Below are positions 28,101 through 34,437 of a stretch of DNA of 35,938 nt, piece by piece. Both the position numbers and the translations under genes were made by a program. Each line of letters begins with the position of its first letter. Within the stretch, counting starts at the first letter, position 1. The DNA lies in NCBI GenBank assembly GCA_900128565.1, contig LT635942.1, positions 1 to 35,938 of the forward strand. Direction: 5' to 3'. This DNA is from Stramenopiles sp. TOSAG23-6 (lineage: Eukaryota). The notes below the pieces were generated by a model. It saw nothing but the letters and a program-made list of their open reading frames with translations. It ran no database searches and was not told the DNA's origin.

Positions 28101-31100
28101 TTTCCTGTCATTGCGCCTCCAGCTTCAGATGCAACGATTTGTTTGGACTGTCCAAATCCTGGTGGTTATTGTCCTGGCGGTGATGTTATTGTTGCACAGA
28201 AAGACTATGTATTTTTTTATCATTCATTTCATTTGTTTTTTCATACGAAATTTTGTACCTAACAATTTAATTTTGCGACATATTTTTCAATATACATTGG
28301 AGATCGGGTAAGAATTCAACTTCTTTCTACTCGTGTTTTAATGATTTTGAATGTCAAGGACACACTAAAGATACTGATAATAGCATGTACACTAGTGCGA
28401 ACTTCACCATGCTAGAAGGATGCAGTGAAGGACATGGTGGTATTCTTTGCTCTGTTTGTATTGATGGTTATGTCATGGCACCTGATGAAACGTGTCACAC
28501 ATGTCCTCCGCGTGAATACACTGCAATATTATTTATTATTGTAATAGGGGCTATAATACTCTTTTTACTTAATTTGTGTTATTTTACTCGTAAACCAGAA
28601 AATGGACCTGACTATGAACATTTGCGCCAGCCTGTGGTGTCACCTGGCACTGCAAGGAGAATGACGGCTCATCATTTAAAAACGAAGTCAACCACTCGTA
28701 TTGCAGACTTAATGCTTAATGCAAAAGTTGATTACAATGCCTTTATTCAGAGAATAGAGGAGGACGATTGCATTACTTCGAGTTCCGATGAAAACGACGA
28801 TGAGCCAAAGTCTGCCGAACTGTTACGTAGAATTCGAATTCGCGACCAAATCGATTCACAAATTGTTGATGTTAATGATATATTCTTTGGTGGTTATATT
28901 GGTGCTTCTGTTGCTGGAAATACTGCACATCGAATGCAAGAATTACAAGTAATGAATAGTCGACAAAGACATCACGCTTCAAAGACTTCAAAAACTTCAA
29001 AGGAAAGAAAAAACTCACTTTCACCAAAAAGAGGTGATTTTGTAGCAAGTAACCACAACCACAACGGGTCAAATATTCAAAATGCATCCAATCTAGGTGC
29101 TGTGAGTTATGGTGTAGGTGAACTTGCCGATTCGAAATCTCGAGTTGCTCTGGAAGATGTTCGAAGATCTATGTTAGATACAGGTTTGGTTGACGCTCAA
29201 GATATTGCAGGAGCAGTTGTTGGCGATGAAGCAGTCCAAGACGTTGTTGGTGCAGATACAGAAGTTGATGCAAAAGAGATTGTCATGGAAAGATTAAGTA
29301 TGGCAATGAAAAGTGAAAAGGGAACTGAAATAAAATCTGCTGTGATAAATCGCGTCGGTGCTGGCTCGGGTGCTGGGGAGGAAAAATCAGCACTTAGTCA
29401 AGCATTTGAGGATGCTACGTCCGGTGCACTTGATACTGGCTTGGTTGACGTTGAAGATATGGCAGGAGTTGTTGTGGGTGAAGATACAGTGGAGGATATT
29501 GTTGGAGCGGATACAGAAGCGGATGCAAAGGAAATTGTTGCAGAAAGATTAAAAGCTGCAGTGGAAAGTGAAAAGGCAGATGAAATGAAAGAAGCAATTC
29601 GTGGGGCAGCTGAAACCAAGAGTGGCGGACCATCTGATGAGCCTATAAAACAAAACAATAATGATTCACTACCAGGTGATGATGATGGAAATTTTTCAGA
29701 TCTTGACATGGAAGCACTAAATGCTCAAATCAATGAACTTGCTGAGGAAGAATTTTTATACGGTGCAAATGAAGCAGGNGAGGCNGCAATGGTTGAAGCG
29801 AAATCGGAGTTAGCAAAAATGAAGGGTATATTAAGCGATGCTGATGAGTATTGGACTTCAATCATTGCAAAAACAAAGATTCTCATTGGTTATTTACAAA
29901 TTGTGTCACAATTCCGTTTTGTATTGGATGCACGTTTTCATTTTAATTTTTTATCTAAATTTTGTTTTCGTACGACATTTTGTACCTAACAAATTTTGAA
30001 ATTGTTTTTGAAATATTTTTTCACAATATATGTACCTTGGCCAAATTTATATACTGGTTGGATGAATTTACTTGACGCATTAAATCTGGATTTAATTGAC
30101 ATTTTCGGAAATATCAATGTTTGTCAATTGTCCGTACCATTTACCGAAAAATTTATATTTATAATTCTATTTTTTCCAATTACAATACTACTGCTCTTAC
30201 TTGCACGAGCGTCTGCATTTGGATGCCGTGCGACCAAAATATATTTTGGCAAACAAGCACAATTCTTCAAGTTTAGTGTTACAGATAAGTTTTTCAAAAT
30301 TACAAATTTGATATACTTTTTACTTTATCCTTCGGTAGCATCTAAAACATTTATGGTGTATAAATGTGAAGAAGTTGGTGGTGTCGAATATCTCCGACGT
30401 CAAATGAATGTAACATGTAGTTGGGACCCTAAAAAAAGTCATTGGGCATACTTAGGTATGGCAGCAATAATTTTTGGCATTGGCTATTTAATTGTAATTC
30501 CTATTTGTTACATTTTTCTATTATACCGAAATCGCCAAATTTTAGCACACCCTCATGATGCACCTCATAAAGTTCCAGGCCTCTTAGAAGACGAAGAAGT
30601 AATGCGACGATACAGAAAACGCCTCAGTCGTTTTGGAAATGTATTTAGTCCATATACATATGGTTACTGGTGGTTTGAATGGTTTACACTACTTCGAAAA
30701 CTTATGCTTACAGGTGGTCTTGTTTTGGTTTCCGAGGGAAGTGCCGCGCGGATTAGTTTAGGTCTGGTAATTAGTTTCTTCTATCTTGTTGTAAGTGCAA
30801 ATATTGCACCATTTTACGATCCTTATGATGATATGCTTAGTCAATTAGCATCGATATTGCTTTTTTTGACATTGTTATGTGGACTCGTCTTAAAGATGGA
30901 TTTTGCTGAGGAAGGTAGGTATGAAAATTCTGTAATTGATGCGGTATTGATGATAATGAATATCGGAATTGTACTTGTTGGCATTTTTATTCTTATCATG
31001 GCAATACCACCTTTACGGCGACGTATTGAAGATTTTATTCACCGCCGTAAAGTGGAAAGGAAAAGGAGAATAACATTTGCTGGTCGTAAATTTGTTCGGA

Positions 31101-31555
31101 AAGTCCCCTCAAAATGGGATTTAGCAAAAAAGGCTGAAGAGGAGAGAGAAATTGACGAAAAATTTGGATTGAAGCGAAGTTCTACTCGTGCTATTCCGAT
31201 ATCACCTCAAGTATTAGAATTAAAGCAATTAAATGATAGCAGTTTCNATTCGTCTGATTCAGATGGGAGTCAAAATCAGCTTCATTTACTTCGTCGGAGT
31301 CAGAGGCACAAGTCAATTATCCGCAGAAATAGATTAAATAGCCCCGTACAATCTAAGAAACACACACGTCGTGATTTAGGTTGGTCATCTGGAGTATTTA
31401 GATCAAAGAAAGAACGTTCTGAATTTGAAATGATCACATTGGATTCAGATGGAAATGATTTGAATTCTCCTGAGCCACTTTTAAGAACGAAACGATTAAT
31501 GAAAACTAAAAGTTTTATGCGACCAAATATTTTAAAGGATGACGATAAAATATGA
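2..31555 (+). CDS. Giant multidomain cysteine-rich cell-surface/receptor-like protein, 5'-partial, about 10,400 aa or more. Joined model: ~2-1116, ~1121-2562, ~2563-6841, ~6843-20432 (three +1 breaks), then exons 20535-27932, 28033-28208, 28298-29929, 30032-31555
   Basis: Consecutive same-strand ORFs with continuous domain content. The frame is open from position 2 (KECSNQSILKG). Domains recognisable by motif: many PAN/apple, F5/8C-like, PA14, LamG, EF-hand, C-type lectin, Sushi, PSI-like, LDLa, SRCR, FG-GAP, FN3, GCC2/GCC3 repeats and C-terminal TM helices. Only the last piece has a plausible end (TGA 31553-31555 followed by AT-rich UTR). Confidence 0.8.
1071..2567 (+). CDS. Giant gene segment 2 (F5/8C-like domain with ShK-like insert, PAN, start of PA14)
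   Basis: EYVQASF...IAVQYS...W...F..PVSSKHFRI discoidin-like pattern; CIDHCDSNQMCAGVSYNYDEGKCY PAN motif. Confidence 0.75.
   Translation: MENFLSVTKFVKRRHACTNPKTYVNIETGECSDNGNVWNKKRCCDTKTCSVSMLNSENLDAIASVLVRFNIDSIDDDDKPTFGTTTGTKIERSSGDLESSCNASKEKCADPLFRTKCAASCCENEDAGEYVQASFESERLVGSISVAILSSSWKCDETNQIAVQYSNEGLPSSTWITVATLASRLSKLSNSGDSRKTTVVFKTPVSSKHFRIFMTATPIGCPPSHPYAIAWKSTSKARCYEKNDQYSEVCRYTGSSPAPKGTTWADNQVTCPPSQHIDSIKLKLGSMVFLPPGEASRNVLYKRFVTIELKNSIKLTRKDIVEQTLSGASGVVVHSRTGTIHYLELLGRAEFIPTLNISVSGVDKGEIVFVVNDCGHDQVLLPKTASMNVSCDAISQCIDHCDSNQMCAGVSYNYDEGKCYIRTSVNDGSSIIHRSPIFSTTPCPEGTFYGEYYQSNNLSGSIDWAGCEDKHNEKTRQSVNYMKISSSGVTCGGTALKM
2560..6876 (+). CDS. Giant gene segment 3 (PA14, multiple PAN, CBM6/35-like, phage-like repeat); frame open from 2560, upstream of the listed 2737 start
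   Basis: 2560-2736 translates KCNYFSYDTNKSCDLFKEC... without a stop; PA14 motif YKFIVQADDGSRLWLDGKIIHDQW...HTIKVEMQEYGG. Confidence 0.8.
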   Translation, partial: KCNYFSYDTNKSCDLFKECRSRDWKKFSGTYLYFLGGIYYRDNYTERSFSNHVLSGHKYLNKFSVCYTGDMMIESGVYKFIVQADDGSRLWLDGKIIHDQWNRCCRTWTTYGIEIVGGMHTIKVEMQEYGGRAYINFKWEPDTSQKNSSVNVQSDPFQCFAKRSHNVNIHTSTRESWEPVFASIPQDCQSSGGCANGQIAAVKWIESDTGYKDLAILNEQQLSLEKCKEACYKRGIKSGCKGISYHKKGWGCILESFTVDDTNEKPSTKATCKQISGVLCTSAGANKTTCTSLGSGCSYDDKNSSCINSCTGHTDKTSCENASKNCFFYAAGDIKTLVISVVTGNTINNTVVSLIASQNGRLDEEIVSGTFDSTGYADLNKSSYTNLQNGTSSLVALVNDTDVIEVVGAGKQELNGIYIRDSSTSYKLETDLGLNYYIQESNNHWQLVKKNAGKVTNIFYFAERAKIPHDVRLPPESGWSKNGINGIADGEGDWPAPRLIHEILTSKQNVDIDVISHWVHCGTEHSAETCNCPGGYVRYGAFNRSPVCASKTSIDSSDCVSKFGKQDCPCIYVEKSVRCNNGTFGDPWGGIGKTCQCNTSHLLSADFYFLVSDNVPEAAGKSCAVGSVISTTTSYSLVGQCAVLCRNTKDCRYFVFSGNVGSKACSLFSSCPQNEWYTPGYPNTKMYRLKSELEVKSLTCEYPFDVATSAGRRLTRISDGVCNGVPVKTVKDTSITACESECVNTNNCVTISFCPKESVLCTGNHAGLCNLYLANQCSFVDFVTVGNSGYVTFSMDKSKEDVTPTKLYDLYTGNGAVAFSGVDDQNLNFVVSVPSELCTTGTTATTVDSGTVCCSSTCGNKISTIRCSGSNYTPGTYSGIKAKDVQSSTNGTKASFDITVDKDGNISVCEINNAGIGYEKNDVIQFETNNIGTSGGRDEVTVTSVAGICSQDSTCSTLIGGANSCCPTTIKNNNVECTTSTQSSCVLPQSYNNCGGEGIKNITFRSLVSTNAKISLQVQVNGVTLPKPITAKPAPVGTLNEGDLSWESLMIKGTLRVGTNTISVKIDPSTLFSSDAIAGKLDGQAFETKTNTRLLHCMKACREKANCMSINHSDDNKCELNNQVIGKCNTCNKYSTEGWSYYAKYPTGIAIDSVVISGWPSDLPRPDFQNTFTKFSQSRWIIKRLLAPTGGDALQTGTLSVLKQKCVSNYFNSKVCTSISCDMKTKDSALVLDIDDCTAWYGVKEWVKSDLVISFVLRYSEDFFEPFEGNGKCSGSNDDQVQLTPYYVLPAPERSLDECKEVCLQYELCVGISYADFADVSGTPAICEIAILELDTGKPPDEIEGLPLFGAQSFMTGSSGSNSCSKGTKTDKSGDYSKFQAYRLCSDRNLKLQSDLTPETEHLCSTSEKARKSCFPLTGASYNAPKKNKSPIPTFYIN
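6827..20432 (+). CDS. Giant gene segment 4 (LamG, PAN, F5/8C-like, EF-hand, crystallin-like, C-type lectin, Sushi, PSI-like, LDLa), ending at intron A
   Basis: 13.6 kb open frame; WHHIGATYDG..KLYANG (LamG); DSNASGTLSQDE (EF-hand); YIGL...WKWGD...Y.YW (CTLD); YVCDNDYILSG...TCGVDGQW...PSC (Sushi); CVPQNWVCDGTSDC (LDLa). Confidence 0.85.
20433..20534 (+). other. Non-canonical intron A (GTATGT...AATACAT, 102 nt)
   Basis: T-rich, contains an in-frame stop; removal gives ATG AAG TGT AGT GGC (MKCSGNTF...) and joins the 4539-aa and 2457-aa ORFs in frame; family motifs TTTCGTACC and AAATATTTTTCCACAATACAT. Confidence 0.85.
20535..27932 (+). CDS. Giant gene exon (PAN, LDLa, SRCR, FG-GAP/VCBS propeller repeats, FN3, GCC2/GCC3 Cys repeats)
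   Basis: CDGVDDCDTGADESDC (LDLa); GIVKVYHGNKWGTICNEGW...VVCAQLEC...CTHEQDVAIVC (SRCR); many P.F.DxDxDGDxD repeats; CPAG(F/Y)xC repeats. Confidence 0.85.
27430..27474 (+). repeat. Perfect 21-bp tandem duplication (TNTRKLS x2)
   Basis: tacaaacacaagaaaactttc twice, followed by tac. Confidence 0.95.
27933..28032 (+). other. Non-canonical intron B (GTACGT...AATACAT, 100 nt)
   Basis: Removal gives KLRP-CVRGETIVENICTKCVSGKYSW; ends ATATTTTTTCACAATACAT like the other copies. Confidence 0.85.
28033..28208 (+). CDS. Giant gene internal exon (Cys-rich juxtamembrane repeat), in a frame different from the listed 28033..28311 ORF
   Basis: Translates (C)VRGETIVENICTKCVSGKYSWGF...CLDCPNPGGYCPGGDVIVAQKDY. 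Confidence 0.85.
28209..28297 (+). other. Non-canonical intron C (GTATTT...TATACAT, 89 nt)
   Basis: Removal restores CPGGDVIVAQKDY-WRS, the C.GG......(G/D)YWR motif of this receptor-like family, and sets the frame of the 28385 ORF; contains TTTCATACGAAATTTTGTACCTAAC. Confidence 0.9.
28298..29929 (+). CDS. Giant gene exon (C.EGH.G.LC..C motif, first TM helix, long cytoplasmic loop, start of the next TM)
   Basis: CSEGHGGILCSVCIDGY; hydrophobic AILFIIVIGAIILFLLNLCYF; KTKILIGYLQIV. Confidence 0.85.
29174..29600 (+). repeat. Diverged internal duplication (two ~57-aa copies, period 255 nt) in the cytoplasmic loop
   Basis: LDTGLVDAQDIAGAVVGDEAVQDVVGADTEVDAKEIVMERL vs LDTGLVDVEDMAGVVVGEDTVEDIVGADTEADAKEIVAERL. 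Confidence 0.9.
29930..30031 (+). other. Non-canonical intron D (GCACGT...AATATAT, 102 nt; GC donor)
   Basis: Removal restores YLQIVSQFRFVLD-VPWP; contains TTTCGTACGACATTTTGTACCTAAC and TTTGAAATATTTTTTCACAATATAT; no AG inside the intron or for over 150 nt downstream. Confidence 0.85.
30032..31555 (+). CDS. Giant gene terminal exon: multi-pass membrane domain and cytoplasmic tail
   Basis: Several hydrophobic helices with FLLYPSV...F..Y.C, YL....V.C, FG.VFSPY...YWWFEW..LLRKL.LTG, PFY...DD.L motifs typical of protist Cys-rich GPCR/TRP-C-like receptors. Confidence 0.85.
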   Translation, partial: VPWPNLYTGWMNLLDALNLDLIDIFGNINVCQLSVPFTEKFIFIILFFPITILLLLLARASAFGCRATKIYFGKQAQFFKFSVTDKFFKITNLIYFLLYPSVASKTFMVYKCEEVGGVEYLRRQMNVTCSWDPKKSHWAYLGMAAIIFGIGYLIVIPICYIFLLYRNRQILAHPHDAPHKVPGLLEDEEVMRRYRKRLSRFGNVFSPYTYGYWWFEWFTLLRKLMLTGGLVLVSEGSAARISLGLVISFFYLVVSANIAPFYDPYDDMLSQLASILLFLTLLCGLVLKMDFAEEGRYENSVIDAVLMIMNIGIVLVGIFILIMAIPPLRRRIEDFIHRRKVERKRRITFAGRKFVRKVPSKWDLAKKAEEEREIDEKFGLKRSSTRAIPISPQVLELKQLNDSSFXSSDSDGSQNQLHLLRRSQRHKSIIRRNRLNSPVQSKKHTRRDLGWSSGVFRSKKERSEFEMITLDSDGNDLNSPEPLLRTKRLMKTKSFMRPNILKDDDKI

Positions 31556-31724
31556 AGTTGCTTAAAAGAAATAAATTAAACTTAAGTGAATCATGTATTT
31601 TTCTTTGTAACCATTTGAAAAATAAATATAGTGATAACTCATTTATTTTTTCAATTTTTTCAATTTGTTCATATTTTATTTAATTAACGGATCATTTTTC
31701 GTTGCTCCAGTCCCATTGATTGAT

Positions 31725-33596
31725 TTACAAATCTAAGTGATCTACATCCTGTACATGTATCATTACATTTGAAAACAGGGCATCCTGTAACCCTTCTGAT
31801 AAGTCGTTCTCAAAAATATAGAGATGTTCTACTTTCAAATCCCAATGATAATCTTTAAATTCACCATCAATTTGATTATGCCTTAAATTCAGATGCTCAA
31901 TTTCGTGAGCAAAAAATCCAGCGAAACTTTCCAATTTATTATGAGACAAATTCACGAGTTTGTAAGATTTTATTGGCAATCCATGCACCGTCAGCATATT
32001 AACTCTATAATAGTTATCTGAATCACTGCAAATAATGTTATCCAATTTAGGCAGTGTCGGAAATCCAACAAAATTCTTCATGTGCCCACGGGTTATTTTA
32101 AAAGTATCTAGTTTGTTAAGCAAATTAGGCAAACCAATGAAACTTGAAATTTGTGAATTTTGTATTTCAAGCGAAGTAAGATGTTCCATTTGTTCTGGAA
32201 ATCCGACTAAACTTTTAATCAAGGAACCATCAATTCTCAATGTTTGCAGATGTTGTAATCCTGAAAGTAGAGAAAGTTCACGAAGCCTTTTTCGGGGTAA
32301 GCACATATCGTCAAATTCATATAGACCACCATCAGCACCAAAATATTTACCACCAAAATCCTTAATTAGTTTCGCAACCTTTTTCGATTTCTTGCCAATT
32401 GCAAGACCCATATCTTTCAAGAAATCTTCCTCACTTGATTCAAGTAAGGGTTGAAGATGTCTGAAGAGAGGGCATATTCCACCTTCAAAATGTGGATCAT
32501 CTGCAGCTTTCTCTGAAAATCTCTTGAGCAATACTTTTTTAGACATCACCTCGAGAAGAACCGACGACGCCCTCGAACTTATAAGATAATCACACATATG
32601 AAATAATGTTTTAGAGTCAAATTCCCAAATGAAACTATTGAACAGATCCCCATGTATCTCTTCTTTCGTACTTAATAAATAAGCATGTTCAATCATGCTT
32701 GCTCCAAAACNATGAAAGGACAACGCTTGTTCCTTTAATTTTATCAGGATGTNACGTACATCATCGAATTCCGGATACCTTTCATGACATACATCACTTT
32801 CATATAAATAGTATTGCGCGANTTCCACNGAGATAAAAGGTTGTGCATTTTCTAGTAACCATTTTGCATTTTCCAGATAACGATCTGTATCATCCAGACC
32901 TGCATCNTGTAAAAACAATTTCGCCTTGTCATCATTACCTTTTTGATGTGATAATTTGACCAATTTTTCATTAACACAACGTGTTCCAATATTATTCTCG
33001 AGGTATTTTTCAGGAGGTAGCTGATGCGGATAAACTTTTCTCAAAATAGCCTCAGCGGCAGGCTTAAAAAGTGTCCCCCTTTTATCATCAAAAATATGGA
33101 ACAATCTACTGACACTTTCATCATTGAAGCAAGAAAGCAATATTCTTCTGATATTCACCATACCGAAGAAGTCAGAGGCATTTAGTAAGTTTAAACATGT
33201 CGAAAAATTGCCTTTTGAAGAAAGTAACTGTTTTACCGCTTCGACTGATTCCTTCTCCATCTTTTCTTTTATCTCAAATAAAAATTGAATTGTCTCAGAC
33301 GTTTGTGGTACTGGAATATCCTGTGAACAGTCAAATTCACCGAGTTCAGATAGTTCAGTTACATCCCATGATACCACTACTCGCTTTTCGTCAGAACATA
33401 GGAATGTAACTTTATCATTTTCTGACTCATGTTTTTGTCTTTTGCTGGCGCGAAAAGTACTCTCAGTCCCAGATACATTATCCGCCTCCCCTCGCCAAGA
33501 AGATTGATCAGCTCCTCGCGAGGAATGTATTTGGGAGTAAATGATGGTTGCTGTAAGTAATAGTAGCAACTTCATATTTCGTTTTTTTCCTTGCAT
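31725..33596 (-). CDS. Putative secreted SKP1/BTB-like and leucine-rich repeat protein (start may be Met at 33575); intronless
   Basis: 623-aa ORF; signal-like MKLLLLLTATIIYSQIHSS; KVTFLCSDEKRVVV...IPVP..SETIQFLFE...LLNASDFFGM resembles SKP1/POZ; C-terminal LxxLxLxxNxI repeats. Confidence 0.8.
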   Translation of the reverse strand: MQGKKRNMKLLLLLTATIIYSQIHSSRGADQSSWRGEADNVSGTESTFRASKRQKHESENDKVTFLCSDEKRVVVSWDVTELSELGEFDCSQDIPVPQTSETIQFLFEIKEKMEKESVEAVKQLLSSKGNFSTCLNLLNASDFFGMVNIRRILLSCFNDESVSRLFHIFDDKRGTLFKPAAEAILRKVYPHQLPPEKYLENNIGTRCVNEKLVKLSHQKGNDDKAKLFLXDAGLDDTDRYLENAKWLLENAQPFIXVEXAQYYLYESDVCHERYPEFDDVRXILIKLKEQALSFHXFGASMIEHAYLLSTKEEIHGDLFNSFIWEFDSKTLFHMCDYLISSRASSVLLEVMSKKVLLKRFSEKAADDPHFEGGICPLFRHLQPLLESSEEDFLKDMGLAIGKKSKKVAKLIKDFGGKYFGADGGLYEFDDMCLPRKRLRELSLLSGLQHLQTLRIDGSLIKSLVGFPEQMEHLTSLEIQNSQISSFIGLPNLLNKLDTFKITRGHMKNFVGFPTLPKLDNIICSDSDNYYRVNMLTVHGLPIKSYKLVNLSHNKLESFAGFFAHEIEHLNLRHNQIDGEFKDYHWDLKVEHLYIFENDLSEGLQDALFSNVMIHVQDVDHLDL

Positions 33597-33880
33597 AGAA
33601 CTACTAAGAGGGTAGGTAGACCGTCGGCGTTGCTAAATTTTTTTTAAAATGACGCTGACTCTCGCTCACTCGTAATTACGATTACCCGGTACCAACATTT
33701 TTTGGAGCGCATCAAGCGTTGAATCATGGTACATAGAAAATGCCACAATGTCATTATCTTTTTAATACTGTTTGTTTGGGTTGAACTACACATTGAATAT
33801 TTCTTTTTATATTTCATTTTATTTTCTATACAGTTTGATTCTCTAGCAAGCTACAAAAAAAAAAAACTAACTCCATCAGA

Positions 33881-34150
33881 TTAAAACCAACGCATCATCC
33901 TGCTTAATATACTATTCGACGTATTTACAGTTTCCCTTGTTGCATCACACTCGACTTTTGCACATTCTAAAGATTCTCTCTGCTCTTTAAGTTCCTGCAA
34001 AACATATTGAGCTGTATCAGTTGTACTTTTTACAGTATTCATCATTTCGTTCAAACGATTCTGTTGTTCTAATAGTTTCTCTTTATTCGCCGATAACCGC
34101 TTATCATTTCTACTTGTATTGCTGTTGCTTTCATGTTTTCTAGGTGTCAT
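33881..34150 (-). CDS. Small Qb-SNARE-motif (Vti1-like) coiled-coil protein without a TM anchor
   Basis: LLEQQNRLNEMMNTVKSTTDTAQYVLQELKEQRESL...TRETVNTSNSILSRMMR matches Vti1-type heptads with the zero-layer QRE. Confidence 0.65.
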   Translation of the reverse strand: MTPRKHESNSNTSRNDKRLSANKEKLLEQQNRLNEMMNTVKSTTDTAQYVLQELKEQRESLECAKVECDATRETVNTSNSILSRMMRWF

Positions 34151-34437
34151 TCTTTAGTTGGAAGACATAAAGCACCCTTTTTTTGATTCCAGATTCTTCA
34201 CTATTTTTGCCTTGTCTCATGAGTCATATTCCTCAGTAACTACTGGAAAAAACCTCAGGTAACCAGGTTCAACAACACGATTTTTTTTTGTTTTTTTGAT
34301 GTTTCTGGCCATCAATTTAAATTAAATTTTAATCAATCACACAATGTCATTCGTTCGTTTGTTGCACATGTGTGTCAATCCACTTTACAAGTACTAACTT
34401 TGAATTGTATTCTTTATAGACTTATTACTCCTTTAAA

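Noticed and set aside
29921-29929. Alternative GT donor (GTATTG) for intron D
   Set aside because: In frame but removes VLD and shortens the usual QI...WP spacing; AT|GCACGT fits the family consensus better.
26-31555. Prokaryotic or viral operon of separate genes, or stop-codon reassignment
   Set aside because: No RBS or internal signal peptides; breaks are frameshifts or introns, not in-frame stops; TAA and TGA terminate genes normally.
33671-33680. Palindrome CGTAATTACG upstream of the LRR gene
   Set aside because: Single 10-bp occurrence; could be a promoter element but is unsupported.
34154-34168. Short upstream ORF MSSN-stop in frame with the SNARE gene (- strand)
   Set aside because: Too short to support readthrough or a regulatory role from sequence alone.
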